Made by a program: the position numbers and the translations under genes | DNA from: Amphiscolops sp. MND2022 | Lineage: Eukaryota | Assembly: GCA_964187785.1 (NCBI GenBank) | Contig: OZ076409.1 | Location: 44,456,001 to 44,520,000 of the forward strand | Direction of reading: 5' to 3' | DNA: 64,000 nucleotides | Shown: piece by piece, positions 62,704-64,000 of the stretch | How the letters are laid out: each line of letters starts with the position of its first letter | Numbering within the stretch: position 1 is the stretch's first letter | The notes under the pieces: generated by a model | Told to the model about the DNA's origin: nothing | The model's database searches: none | What the model saw: only the letters and a program-made list of their open reading frames with translations

Positions 62704-64000
62704 TTTGGATTGAAAACTCAAGGTCTTCGGCAAAATCGAATTCTTTGAAGAAATATTGATTTTCTGTTTTGAAAAGAACAGTTTGAACTGCAAAATATCA
62801 CAAAGACTAACTGATTTTACATGTAAATTCTACATATTTATACCCTTTCAGCATCATTTGTTCGGATCACGTAAATAACTTCTAAATAAATAAGTTCTAA
62901 AATTATATTAGTAAATAACTTCTAAATAAATAAGTTCTAAAATTATATTAGTAAATAACTTCTAAAATGCATTTGCGTCTGGTAACTTCTGAAATCATTC
63001 TAGTAAAGATTGCTATTCATTCTTCCGAAAAAAAATTAACCGTTCCATTATTCCGAAAATAAACTTACCGTTCTATTATTCCGAAAACTGTTATTTGAAA
63101 AGATAAGCATATTTGTTGTATGGCTCGGTCGCTTCGCTCCCTTCGCCAAGTAGCAACATTGAGGCATGGCCATATGGCACGTCGCTCCGCTTCGCTTCGC
63201 TCCTGCATTTAGGGCACTAGGGGTATGTGAACATAGCTAACGACGTTATAGAAATAATTACGTCAAAATAGCTGTTTGGAAGTTATTTACTAGATGCCAT
63301 TGCAATTTAGAAGTTATTTACTAAAATAATTTTAGAACTTATTTATTTAGAAGTTGTTTACTATATTAATTAGAAGTTATTTATTTAGAAGTTATTTACT
63401 TCCCCCATTTGTTCCTCACCTAAAAATTCCTAGGTATCACAAAAATCGGGTTTGTTCAGCAAGAAAAGCTTATAATTCAAATTATTTCAGCCCGGCATCA
63501 TAAAATCAGGTATCATAAATCCTAGTTGCGCCGCTATTCCGTAATATTTGTTGAAATCATTTTTGTTCAGGCAATTCCATTTCCTGTTTGAGTCTTAAAA
63601 TTGCGGCAAAATAAAAGTCTAGCTGAAATTTTCAATGACGAATGCACGCTGGCGTGAACAATTAGTTACTTCCCAAACTAGAAAATTAATGTTCGAAGCA
63701 AAAGTATGACACTCAAAAATATTAACGGAACTGAAACGAAATAAAGAAATTCGGAAATGGCAAATATTTAAATGCTAGAAAAGAACAAACGATGCCAATG
63801 CGGTATCAACACATGAGTGTTTGTTATGATAGCAACTGTGGTATATTGTGGCAACAGTGGTACAAATTAACAAAGGAACGTAAACAGTTATAACGGAAAC
63901 ATTCCGCTGGTATAATATAACATTTGTCACTGACAAATTCATGGATAGCACAAAATATCAGCCAATAGCTAACTAGAAAATAGAAGAAAATGGTGCAAGC
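62325..64000 (-). repeat. 5' LTR (partial)
   Basis: Direct repeat of 48411-49545; adjacent to the PBS. Confidence 0.88.
62864..63405. mobile_element. Foldback MITE (taacttctaaa arms) inserted in the 5' LTR
   Basis: 9-bp TSD catttgttc (62855-62863 / 63406-63414); empty site in the other LTR at ~48949-48957; GG...CC ends. Confidence 0.93.

Larger units (their letters stand above)
48411..64000 (-). mobile_element. Large Ty3/Gypsy LTR retrotransposon with cargo genes (5' LTR runs off the window)
   Basis: The 5' LTR ends ...GTCGTAACA at 62325 and is followed by PBS TGGTGACAGGAGT (62324-62312). gag-PR-RT-RH-IN run to 56312. PPT AGGAGAGGGG (50784-50775). 3' LTR TGTCACGAC(50771)...GTCGTAACA(48411). 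Confidence 0.92.

Overview
AT-rich, repeat-dense eukaryotic (animal-like, probably marine invertebrate) genomic DNA; no prokaryotic features. Two intact spliced host genes lie on the + strand: mitochondrial HSP90 TRAP1 (8 exons, 16119-21251) and a POLE4-like histone-fold gene with acidic extensions (6 exons, 22588-28282). A decayed multi-exon gene of unknown family lies on the - strand (36568-47597). The rest is mobile DNA: a truncated Gypsy pol (1-3.2 kb); a CRE-like RLE non-LTR element (5.4-12.36 kb) split by three foldback MITEs, one of which holds a deleted Copia; a 2.5-kb MULE-like element containing a Penelope GIY-YIG fragment; an inverted repeat with hammerhead-like cores; many HINE/DINE-like elements, SINEs and MITEs. 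The most striking object is a large Ty3/Gypsy element on the - strand (48411 to beyond 64000). It has a 2.36-kb LTR, a gag ORF that starts about 126 codons inside the LTR, and about 5.5 kb of cargo between pol and the PPT. The cargo is an antisense, intron-containing gene resembling a catalytically dead hAT transposase, plus small sense accessory ORFs, one of which has SIM/NLS-like motifs and runs into the 3' LTR. All family assignments come from motif recognition by eye; no database searches were run.
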